Shown piece by piece: positions 50,201 to 61,577 of a stretch of 64,000 bases of DNA. How positions within the stretch are numbered: position 1 is the first letter of the stretch; each line of letters starts with the position of its first letter. The DNA is from Raillietiella orientalis (Eukaryota). Where the stretch lies: positions 620,001-684,000 of the forward strand of contig JAYWIR010000018.1 of assembly GCA_036172245.1 (NCBI GenBank), read 5' to 3'. A model generated the notes under the pieces. The model saw nothing but the letters and a program-made list of their open reading frames with translations. It was not told the DNA's origin and made no database searches. Made by a program: the position numbers and the translations under genes.

Positions 50201-53200
50201 GTAAGTGACAAATGCAAATGAATTAATAATTATAACAAGCATCTTGTTGGATCATCTTCATCAGTTATTAATTAATTAGGCAATCATTAGCGATTATCAA
50301 ATGCATTAACTAGTACTGTAATCTGGGAACTTGTCATAACATCGAATATAGAAAAAAGAGCTTTTCATGTTTAAATGAATCATAAATGCCTTCAGGTTAG
50401 TCGGTTAGCTTGTTTTGATAGACTTGCCGGTTTGTTTGCACATCAAGTTGCAGTCCACCTATCGTTCTTGCAGCTCAAATCTATCCTGCATGCATTTCAG
50501 AATGAGGAGCAATAAATTCAATTCAGCATTTGATTGCAGTAATTAGGCGTAATGTAAATTTCCCTGTTGTAGAATTATGAAAATTAGACACCAGTGGGGG
50601 CATGTTCTTGAGTGAGAAAATCTCATCTAATATCGTATTTTAAAATCCTGTGTATTAATTTCTTCTGATCTCTTGGCATTTGCACCATAGTATTTGTGTA
50701 TGTCGATCCATGTGGATTGACGAATCTAGAATGCTGTCACAGTTGGATTTCAATGCTATCACCTTTCTTTCATTGGGTTATGGCCATTGTCTTGATTCTT
50801 CGTAGGCACTTAGCTCCAGTGTGAGGATGCACACATCCATAAGTAACTGGATGTTTTCTTGATTTCATCTTCAATATGCAGCTGCCTTTTGTGTTGCACT
50901 TAGTGGTTTTGATTCTGCCTCCACATTCAACTCGGGGCGTCCTTTGCCCCCCCAAATTTGTAATGAGATTTGGATGATTACTCCGCTTTCATTGATTTTT
51001 GGCCTCTTTTCAGAATTGTGGCTGAATGAGGGATGTTTCGGAATTGGTGATGGGAGATGATCACGGAAATAAGGTGTGCTTAAGTTCTTTTTGTGTGTGT
51101 TGTCTGCGTGTTTGTATTGCGCCAGCGTTATCTTCCTGTCCATGCTTTGTTGCTCATTCAGCTGACTTCGTTTATAGAGAGCCATTTGCCCTCTCGGTAT
51201 GCTGGCTAATCGATTTAGATTTACACCCGCAATCCAACCATGGAAGCGATTCGAATGTGTAAAGCAATTTGTTCATTAGCATGTTTGCAAAAATAAGGCT
51301 GTTGGAAGAGGTATTCCGTGCCCAGACGTTTGGCAGATGGTAGCTCAATGGCTCGTGTCCGCAAAGGCTTGAGAGTCATCAGTGATCGTCACTTAATTTA
51401 TTGGGATTATTGTTAGTACCGAGGCCACGATCGTTGGTCGATGTAGACCTTGTTCGCTTGTGGTTTCTTTCCAGTTGTCATTAACCCAATTACTCATCGA
51501 ACGAGTGTCCGAAGAGTTGCGAATGCTCGTCTACTGCGACCAAGTCTCTGTAATGTTCTTTCGAGATGCAACCAGCGAGCTGTATTCTGTGCTTTAAGTT
51601 TAACGCCACGAAAAGTGGATGTGTCACAAGCTGACAACTTCATTCTCAAGTAGTGTGTCACTTGAAGGAAGTGAACTGGAATGCACATGGTAAAAATGAC
51701 CGAGCAAGGAAGAACCATCATGATGGGTGACTGCGTAGTCCATCACGAAGAATCATTCGAGCTTTCCTGCTATTTTGGTCCACTCCCTGTAGCTCGTGCT
51801 TATTTTATCTTCACTTCAACGTGAGATGTGCCCATGTTTCCTGGAAATGACAGAGCACCTGTGGCAATCGTTCCCACCTACAGCCTGCCTGCTTGATCTT
51901 TCCCGATGCACCCTACGGAAGTGGGGCCCATAACGTCGAAAAGCAATACCCTAGCTTCCTTTCTTTCAAATAGAAGCATGATGCCTGCTCCTCAATTACT
52001 CTCGAATAGGACGCATGGATCAAAGATGCAATTCGCAGTTTTGTAGCACCCAGTTTTAGTGATTTTTTTTTAAGTTAGTAGCCCTATTTTGAACTTCCAT
52101 TTGCTGTCAACGATCCCGAATGTACAAGACCATTAATTTTTCGTGGTCTTTCAAGGCAGTCGGAAACGTCGTATACAGTCTCAAAGAGTTTCAAATTAAT
52201 TCCGGTCGAAACACGACACCCTAATACTATGTTTTGCGTTTCTACTACCGTCGGATTGAAATCTCGTTTCATTTCTTTTTTAGATGCCAAGTATTTTATT
52301 GAACTTGCATTAGCTTCTGATATACTACGAAAAATATCCGTGGCAGTTGTGCAAACAGGCTATGCCAATGGAAGTGCTACTAAATATTTGAAGGATGTTT
52401 TGGTAACTTTACGAAAACGAGTTCTCAACGTGTAATTATTATTCTTGTCATTAGAACGTGCCAGTGTTTTGTGTTGCAACAGGAGTTAAGAATCTTCACA
52501 AGGAAGCGAAAAAGTATGATGTAGGCATCTATTTTGAAGCCAATGGACATGGAACGGTACTATTCAGTAATGAATTGAAGAAGTTTATTGATGAAGCTGC
52601 TTCAGAAAAAAAGTGAGAAGTCTAGCAAGTCTAAATACGCGATTGCAATTGACGTTGACAGCATTCACTGATTTAAAGTGGTTTGTTTGATTTGTTTATC
52701 TGTTTAAGAGTAAAAAATACCCCATCAAACCTGTAATATAAGCCACCATCAATTATGATCAGGGTTGAGTATAAAAATTGCTCCATAAGGAAACAGAAAG
52801 GGTCATGATGATTACTGAAGTCATTGAATTGCTTGAATTCGCTTTTTATTTGGTGTGTTAACGTAAAACAGGAATGAATAAGTAAAATGAATTTCTCTTC
52901 TGCGTTTTCAGAAGATACTTCTCTGATGCTCACCATCCTAACTTCCGTATTAGCTCTATGTTTTCTGTAAAGTTTGAAATTCTCTCAGCAATCACATATG
53001 AAAAAGTTGTAATGGTTATTCCATTTTTCTATGTTGACATTCATGAAATGAGTTTTAGGGCTATCATTAGTTCAGGTGACTTGTAGATGAATTATGATTG
53101 AATGAAAGCAAATCGTAATCACCTGGTCATGACGCCAATCTTTTGATGCAGTTTTGCCTTATTATTTCATTACAAGGCACTAGTGACTACCATATTTCCT

Positions 53201-54775
53201 AAGTAGGCTGTTGAATAGATCAATTTGGGGTAAATAAGTACAGCCATAAATGGCATAAGGGTGGTTCTCAGTCACTGATAATATAAGATGCTCATTGGTG
53301 GCACCAAAATCTAGCTTGAGTGGTTGCAGATTTTAGCAGATCTTTTATTTCTGTTTATGCAAAGTCAAATTATTAACTTTTCCATATGAGTTCGGATGTA
53401 CTTTTCTGGGTTAGTTTTAAACGTTCTCAAAAGAAGTTAAAGTAATTGCAGAAAATCCGTTCAATTTCCTGATGAGAGAAAATCGTTGAATGATAGGAGC
53501 TTAGCAACTTAAGAGCCATAGACAGTTTTCAAAATCGCAGATGACTCTGCTTTTGGAAACTATATAATCCATGTTGCCCTTTTAAGCTACGTGTCTAGGG
53601 GGTGAAAACTTTAACTATCTTTGGTGATGCTGGAACTGTTTTTCCATTGCTGTTCTCCCTGTGAAGGTGTAAGTTGCAGATTTGTTGCTTTCTGAATGCA
53701 GTTTACGTTCCCATGGATATGACAAAAAGTATGCGAAAAGAGTATGAAAAAGACTTGTTCTCATTAACATCATAATAGATACATGAATAACTCAGGTTTA
53801 CGAATCTGTCTTAAAACTCAGTATTTCAATTTGAAACTCAGTATTTTCAATTCAAGTTGAAAAGTCCAAAAGAGAACGATTATTACTGAATAGTTGCATT
53901 TATGATCGATCTAATTTAATATTCTTGCCATGCTTAAAACCTTGTGCATTAACTTCAGCTATGATAAATAGAAGGGTAGTAAGGTCGAGAGAACCGATAA
54001 AAGTTGAACTAAAATGACATTTAGATATATAAAATTAAGTCTTACACAATCGTGGCAAATATTAAGCATGGATTGCAAGAGTTGGTAATATTAATCTAAT
54101 TGTGAAATGTAAATTGCCTTCAGTTTATTATGCATTACATGATTTCTCTCTATTCACTTCAGAAATGTGTTCATTTTATTGGACTGCCTGAATTGTATGT
54201 GATAAAGAAAGGAAATACATTTTCTGCTTTCAGTTGTGCTCCTGCAGTTCTTCGCTTTCAAATGTCCTTGAAATTAGTTAATGAAGCTACAGGAGATGCT
54301 CTAACCAATATACTGTTAGTAGAAAGTATCCTAAGTTATTATAAGTGGTCCATAAAAGATTGGGATGGCTTGTATGCAGATATCCCAAATTGTCAGATCA
54401 AAGTGTTTGTTCAGGTATATTTCGGTTGATCTTTATTTTGTTTGTTAATCGATACATTCCAGGATAGGAATTGCATCAAAACGGATGAGAAAGAGAAAGT
54501 TTGCATAAAACCAACTGGTCTTCAAGAAAGAATTGATGATCTTGCTAAAGCATTTCCATCAAGTCGTTTCGTGATCAGGTAACAGTTGTGATGTATTTGT
54601 TTTTACTTTGCTTGTTAGACCCTCAGGTACTGAAGATGTTATACGAATCTATGCAGAAGCAAATACTCAGGAAAATGCAAACAAGCTAGCAGTTTGGGCA
54701 GCTCAAGAAATTTTTGATTTTGTGGGTGGAGTTGGAAAAAGGCCAGATTACCCTTCTTGTCTTGATGTTTGCTGA
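47203..54775 (+). CDS. PGM3: Phosphoacetylglucosamine mutase (AGM1/PGM3), 542 aa, 11 exons
   Basis: Exons 47203-47294, 47348-47418, 48836-48968, 49482-49580, 49652-49853, 49900-50200, 52284-52402, 52455-52612, 54234-54414, 54463-54578 and 54619-54775 total 1629 nt, all GT-AG. Motifs: YGTAGFR, catalytic [27 protein letters not shown], metal loop [38 protein letters not shown]. Confidence 0.96.
47905..47996. repeat. Two adjacent perfect palindromes sharing an identical 22-nt core
   Basis: 47905-47944 has 19-bp arms TACCTTCTTTTAAACATGA / TCATGTTTAAAAGAAGGTA with a TT spacer. 47953-47996 has 21-bp arms TCAATAATACCTTAAACATGA / TCATGTTTAAGGTATTATTGA with a TT spacer. The common core is TTAAACATGATTTCATGTTTAA. 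Confidence 0.95.
50800..52100 (+). mobile_element. Possible decayed BEL/Pao RT remnant in PGM3 intron 6
   Basis: A locally higher-GC, CpG-containing insert with WLNEGCF (YLxxGII-like), VSQADNFIL (YVDNxIL-like) and FVAP (PLGxxAP-like). Weak. Confidence 0.3.
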
Positions 54776-55769
54776 AGCACACTCATATTTGGACTATCAA
54801 TGGAGGTGGAATCTTTGTACTGGAAATAAACTCAGAACATTGGAAAATCACTAAGTAGTATTTATAATAGACTTTAGTCCCAACAAATGCACATGAACAG
54901 AAAGCAGAACAAATTCTTGTTGCTCTTTTATTTCATTTACCCTGATGCTCTCTTATTTTGGAAGTAAAACAGTCTTGGTAATTTGAATTAGGACCTTAAT
55001 ATAGAAGCACAATATCATCTACTGATTATAGAGCTAAAAAATTGAACTTATCACAGGCTTTCTCTAAAGATAGCATCCAACACATGAACACATGGCTGGT
55101 TTGCATAATTCTTCTGCCAGTTTGTTTTTCAAGTCTTCTCAAGTCTTGATACATGATTTACATAGATAGAAGCAAGATCCAAATTAAGTTTCAAGTTCCA
55201 TATCAGATGTAAACATAAAAGATTCTCCACAATTACATTACTTGGTTTTCTGTATCCTTTGTTTTGGAAAGCTTTACTAAACCTTTCTCCACACACTCTT
55301 GTTGGTATTCAAGATGTGGCAAAAGTTGTTCCATTCTCCAGACCATCTATCATATTCAGAGATACTTAATAGAGTAGCAAAGTAACTCATCTGCTCACAT
55401 TCATGGTGTTCTCTATGTTTCGTTCCTCAGCTACAAATGACCGTGCCAACTGCTCAAGCTTAAAAATTCAATAAATGCAAAAACTCATATGTTGCATACT
55501 TTTTTGGCTTTTGAACTCTTTTCCATGTAGCGCAACACAGAAGCTATGGAATCATAGTTCTTTCTTACTTTCTGTATTAGTTGTTCTTTGGATTCTTTAT
55601 ATAGCAACCTGGCATTATTTGGTGAAGCCATTTCTGGATGCCTGTGTTAATTCGATTTTTATGTTAAAAAAAAAAAAAATTTATGTTCTTTTATCAAATT
55701 GGTCACAAGCCATATCTAAAATAAAAGAATACTTCAAAGATTAGAAAACATTTAGTGTACTATATAGTA

Positions 55770-56470
55770 TCAAAGTGGTTCTTTTCGAGTGAAAATGAAA
55801 TTTTCTCTCTGATGATAGGGAGCATAGGGATCATCAACATAATGTTTGGGTTTTCTCCAATAACTTGTCACCATACGATCAAACATCTCATTATAAACTT
55901 CATTGCAGAACACATGTCTCCTAACTTCATGTAGCCTACGCAGTTTTGTGTGCAGTCTCTTATGATGGCCAGCTTTGGTTCTTATCCATATGCCCCTTGA
56001 AAAAAAAAACATGAATATCAAATATCAAGCAACCACCAAAACAGCAGAAATTTTGGACTAATTTATGCATTATGCAAGAACACTAACAATTTATGCAGTT
56101 AATTATTATATTCTCGGTTACTAACCAATGTAATCTGAAGTAACGTTTTATAACTTCTTTATTTGTTTTCCTCTTTCCATGTCTGAAAGACCACTTCTCA
56201 ATTTTCGGATTTTTGGTGTAGTGAACACTACAGCTTTGAAGGTTAAAAGTTGGGCTTGTAGGTGATAGTTGTAAAGGTAGCCATTTAAATATCGGACTTA
56301 AATGTGGCAAAGAATCTATTGGGTATAATTTTTGTCATTGCATTTTACCTATTGCAACTATATGAGAAACTCCTCAATGTTTCGCTGTAGTTAAATAATG
56401 TCTTGGAGCATGGATTTTTATTAAACAATTTACTGAAAGCACACATAGGACGTTGGAGGAGGGACCACAT
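55770..56470 (-). CDS. MRPL35: Mitochondrial large-subunit ribosomal protein bL35m, about 172 aa, 3 exons
   Basis: Exons 56470-56349, 56296-56126 and 55995-55770. Spliced GKRKTNKEVIKRYFRLHW|GIWIRTKAGHHKRL..RLHEVRRHVFCN..FDRMVTSYWRKPKHYVDDPYAPYH matches animal MRPL35. Exon 1 (MWSLLQRPMCAFSKLF..) resembles a presequence but is less certain. Confidence 0.9.
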
Positions 56471-57299
56471 ATTCCAGTAAAATCGATTTTGGCAAGGAAT
56501 TCACCTTGCCAAAACGCTTACCGAATATGGTATCAACGATGAATTAACTGTGAACTAACACATTCCACAGGTATAAACACATCCACACATCTGAAAGCAC
56601 AAAGCAGTGAGATTCGACCCGTCCTTCAACTGATTGTGACTTCCTGTCACAATCAACATGCATTTGGTTTTCCGCGGGCAGAAAAATTAATTAACCGGAA
56701 AAACATGAGTTCAAATTCAACATTAACAAAGTGGCGAAATTTCAGGGGCAAAGATTACGGACTCACACGACAAACGTTGTATCGAAAACATTCGTGGATT
56801 TTGTACGAAAACACAACTACGGGAAGAAAAAAAGGGTACGTTCCCTAAAGTTCTACGAAATTTCCCCACATAAACACAGAACTGATCAGTGCTAACGACT
56901 TCTGCCTATAGAATACTGAAAACAAATAGAAAAACGAAACGAAAATCATCACTGGATGCAACGGTTTGCTGATGAAGCACTGCATACCTGAGACCTGGAA
57001 AGAACCTCAACATATGAACACATTGGATGCCAACTATCCTCGTGATGAGGAAGGTGTGTGATGCAATGGGAAAAATTTCTCTCCTACACAAACATTCATT
57101 TTGTCCTCTGCTTTCGAGTTGGAAAAGTAAATTTGTGAATCAGAATCCTTTGAAGTTTAACGCACAGAGATCTGGAACCGAAAACGAACATTTGGCTTTT
57201 TACAATCATGATAGACTGTTTCGTTGCTTTCCTTCCAGCTGTTTCCTTTTATTTTGGTTTTCGGGTTTTCTTCCTTTCCTTTTTTCGGCATCATAGTAG

Positions 57300-59500
57300 A
57301 CTGATAGTCTATCAAACTATCAGGACTCGAAAATCAGCGCTCTGTCAGTAATGTAGTTTCAACGTCTCAACACGGACGCTTCGTATTTCCATCGATTCTA
57401 CCACTCTACAAAAATGTCTACAAGTAGAACCAAAAGAATTCGGATCCTTCGAAATCGCAAGATTTTTCCTTAGTACGGGGAAATGACTACCATCACCAGT
57501 TACTTCGTCGTAAACGAAATGTTGGACTGAATCAAGCAAATCAAAATACTACGGATAGCATCGATAGATTCGTAAAAGCTGCACGAGACCCTGTTTCAAA
57601 TGCTCCAGCATCAAGATCATAAATACCAAAGATTGTGAGCATATAAGGAGTTCTAGGAAACCGAAGGAAACTGTGCATGTTGATCCTCTAGAATAGCAGA
57701 ATACCGAACTGTCATACAAACTCTTTCTTCCAATATAAGCAATTCCACATTCTCATATACCTGGGTTTTTCTTTCTTTTCAAAGTCAACGAGTCTATTTT
57801 GATGCAACATTTCTTGGTTTCCAAAAATTTCGGTAGGGGTGATACAAATAATCACTATGATTTCCGTACAGATTTTGCGGTCATCACAGTCAGAAAAATG
57901 AAATCTGGAGAGGAACTGCCTAAGAGGATGTTTGACTTTTTTTAAGAAATGAAATTTTTGCAGCAGCGATGATGACGCAGCTATTTATTACACTTTAGAG
58001 TAAGTTGCTGCAGTGTTTCTAGCTTTATGCATTTTCTCTCTTTATGTACAGAGCTGACACATGTTTCCAAGAAATGTCACATTTCTTTGTCTACTGGCCA
58101 TTATAATAATATTTTACAAATTTTCCGACACACACATCCCAGCTTGCAGTTTATCTCAAAGTGAATGTCAGCGTTTTGGAGATATCACTTCCTTCTCTTT
58201 CTAAATAAGCCCGTAGTTGGCTTGCTGATCTTTGCCATACCAACTCTTTCTGAGAGACATATGGGGCGAAAAAAGTTACGAAAGTATAAGATGCATATCT
58301 AATTGAAGAAAAATTACTCTGCTTTGGATAAGTACCTTGAGAAGAATTTACTTTTGTCTCCTTTTATTAGGCTGAACTCATTTTTGCCTTCTGTACCTTC
58401 CTATTGAATGGGAGAAGATATAAATCTCTTAACAAGTGCTAGATGCCAAGTACCACTTGCAAGTGGGTCGAATGCACTGTTGTAGTCAAATGTATTTTTG
58501 GCTCTCCATATCCACTATGTGTGAAAAATAAGTGTGAAAGAAGTGACTGAGTATGAAAAATGGTTTCATGTAAAAGATCGTGCAACCTCTGTAACTGTTT
58601 CAAGTGGACGAATAGTTTCATGACATGGCATAAGGACTGTTTGTAGTTTTCATTCATACTTTTTAGTTTCAAGAATTACTTTTTATAGAAAGAATTGTTG
58701 GCAAAAACTACCAAAGGCTCGTGTGGAGCCTCATTTCCTTTCCCTGCGGAAGCAACACGGATGTGTTTTTGCGACTCACTCTGCAGCTATTTTTTGAAAA
58801 AGTATATTCAGGAAAGTTTTGAAAAATTACATTGAAAGAAGGAATGAATTCTAGATTGAATTCTTCTTGTTTTATGAATACCGTTTCTTTGACATTCATT
58901 TATCCATCAACTTTCATTGAAGGCATCAGGCTCAAATGTAACCTGTTGCCACTGATGGATATGTATTGGAGGCGGCCGTGTAATGCTATAGAATTAAGCA
59001 GCGGTAACTCATGAAGCAATGAAACCTGAATAAAAGTTTCATAGACATCCTACACGAGCACCCATGCTTTCTCAGACGATGCCTGAAAAATCATCTATTC
59101 CACTCATTTGCCATGCAGCATTGATGGTGGAAAGAGACCGTTTTTTAAATACCTAGCATAAATCTTGTACATATGCCTCTCCCATAAGCTACTAAAAACG
59201 CTACATCAAAGCAAAGTCAGGGTCATGAGGAACACATTATAAGCAAGTCTCGATCAAGCTTTCACACAAGAAATATCTATAAAAAATTCTCTTACAGGAA
59301 AAAGATCGTACCACTGGAATTTCCCTGTAAAACATGGTGGTTGGATGTATTTCTGAAGTTGTGGCAATACAAATTGTGCTATTGGATGCATGGACACAAT
59401 TTTCTCGATGACTTTTCAATAAAGTGAAATGGATCAAGATAATGGCATTCAATCATGAGGCTGTGCCAGATGTAACCCTCTTTCAGACTATATTCCCGCA
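57300..59500 (-). mobile_element. Decayed AT-rich BEL/Pao pol remnant (RT end, RNase H, integrase)
   Basis: Minus-strand order: KLDRD (KLxWD, ~59260), ASSEKAW/GARV (DASEKAYGAV, ~59080), RLHL (PRLEL), VFANNS (FVANRV, ~58705), QFLSRFHFSDCD (LxPFxD), TCRHFCRVVESMEIRSV (TCxxTRAVHLELV, ~57420). Confidence 0.5.
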
Positions 59501-59697
59501 GATGGTGCGTAGCTGGTCAGAAACCTTATGCGAACTCTTTGACAGCAAACTTCTATAATTGCCTTATCCTCCATTTTTCATCACTCTTCGTCGTTCTTCA
59601 TCCCCGCCCCATTCTATAAAACTCAGTTCACAACGCACCTGTAGTATTTTGTGAACGATTGAGTTTGATATCGGCAGCTCTTGGCTCAGAGCTATTC

Positions 59698-59736
59698 AGA
59701 GCGGATAAGTTAGAGTAGCTCTAACTTATCCGCTCT
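59698..59736. repeat. Perfect 18-bp inverted repeat with 3-nt loop
   Basis: AGAGCGGATAAGTTAGAG-TAG-CTCTAACTTATCCGCTCT. Confidence 0.95.
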
Positions 59737-61577
59737 TATGGGATTATGGTTTGTTAATTTACCCCAACGGAATACTGGATAAGTGTTTGGTTGTAGAACA
59801 CATTCACTGCTTACTGCTACAACTCAGGTGAGTCAATGAGTGCCATCAAGAGTACATAGCACGGACCGTGGATACTTTGTGTAGACTATGGATCCAATTT
59901 CATTCGTCAAAGCCGAGACAAATGTTGATGTTGCTTTCTCCGGAAACTTTGCTCAATTTATTGTACAAAGTTTCGTCTGCTTGATAGGAGCCATAAAACA
60001 TGATGCTTCTATTTCATTGCACTCCTTTGAAGATACCCTGTACACACTTATGCATAAGCTGTGTGATCGTACACCATGAAGACAGACGCCAGATTCAAGT
60101 TTTCTAACCAAATGGTCGAATTCTACTAGTAAGGCAGATCGCCTAGAGCTTTTCTTGAGATTTTTACGTTAAGCTTACCGACAGACAATGTCCATATAGC
60201 GATTAATTGACTTTTTCATCTTTTAATGTAATTACTACCTCATAATAAATATTTGCATGATGCTCAGTATCGGTCTTCATATGTACAATGGTCAGTTCCT
60301 TAACCATTTCATTTTTCGAATCTGTTTGTAATGTGATTTCTAGTTTCCAGATCAGTTTTGTTTTAACCATGTTTTAAAACATTCGCATGCCAGCGACTAT
60401 ATTTTTTCCAATTAATGAAGTCATTGATTTGTTGCATTTATTTTGTACTGCAGGAATGGATTTTTAATTCTTCCTGAATTTCCGAGTTTCGTTACCAGTA
60501 AATTTGCGTTTATTAACTGACTAGAATTTGGTTAAGTTTTGACTTTCTACTCAAGCTCATTTTTAAGCATTTACCTATGTTGCTATTGTACTTGGTGGAT
60601 TACTGATTTCTGTTCTGTGGTAGGCGTATTTTGTAATATGTGATAAATGTGTCTTCTTGAGAGATGCCGTATGCTGTTCTGTTCTCTCCCTTGCATCTAG
60701 GAGGGCAACCGTTCAAGCAAAGACAGAATAGACTTCACTATACACACAGCTGTGGTTCTGCGTTTGAGGGATTTTCCCACTGGTTTTCGTTTCACCACGA
60801 AGTCTCGAAGGAGATGTAGTTCTCGACCATTTTAAAAATAAAACCATACTTATTTTCTTCACTTCTTCGAAATCTAACTCGTGGCATCTCTGAATGTCTT
60901 TTCTTGTTCGTTGGTCCAATCCAGAATATTGCACCGATTTCTGGGACTCTCATCGTTTTTCTCGGAACCTCTTCCTGACTTTTCGTTATGTTTGTTATTC
61001 GTGGAACAGAAAACGTATTTTTTTTTTGTTTTTTTTGCCTTTTTTTTTTTTTGTCTATCTGAGAACCGCGCCAACTGATGCATAGAAACAACACGTTTTC
61101 GCAGTTAATGGGAGCTATGAATATGATAAATCCGATGCTTATCGTACTTTCTGGGCCACAACACACGGGTTTACCAGGTTAAAGATCCTTCTTTGTATAC
61201 TTTCGTGTCCAGTCGGGAGACCGGGAATTTTTACGCATCTTCTTGTGCAGAAGGAATGTGGCCTAGCGTCCGGAAAACACTGCGGTGTCCTTGCGTTTGC
61301 AGCAACCGCAAAGAGCAAATAAAAGAAAAGTGTTCGAGTGTTTGATGCCATGTAGCATACACGTTTTGTATTGTTGGAAAATGTCGGACCGGATGCCTCC
61401 AATTATTTGCATCATGGGTTCATTCCTTGTGAAATTCTCGCAAAAATAATTTTCCCAAGGATATTTTCGAGTTCATGTATGTGTAAAATATGGTTGATGT
61501 ATAGGGGGGAAAAAAAAAAAAAAAAATTTTTTTTTTACCTTTGTTGTGGTTATCGGCTTTAACTCTGCATTTTTTAG

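Noticed and set aside
53813..53852. Short tandem duplications (also 27861-27894 and 45154-45184)
   Set aside because: Two-copy slippage duplications with no spacers; not CRISPR-like or otherwise structured.
54900..55700. Coding-like sequence between the PGM3 and MRPL35 stops
   Set aside because: Multiple stops in the frames examined and no consistent splice chain; probably UTR or an unrecognisable relic.
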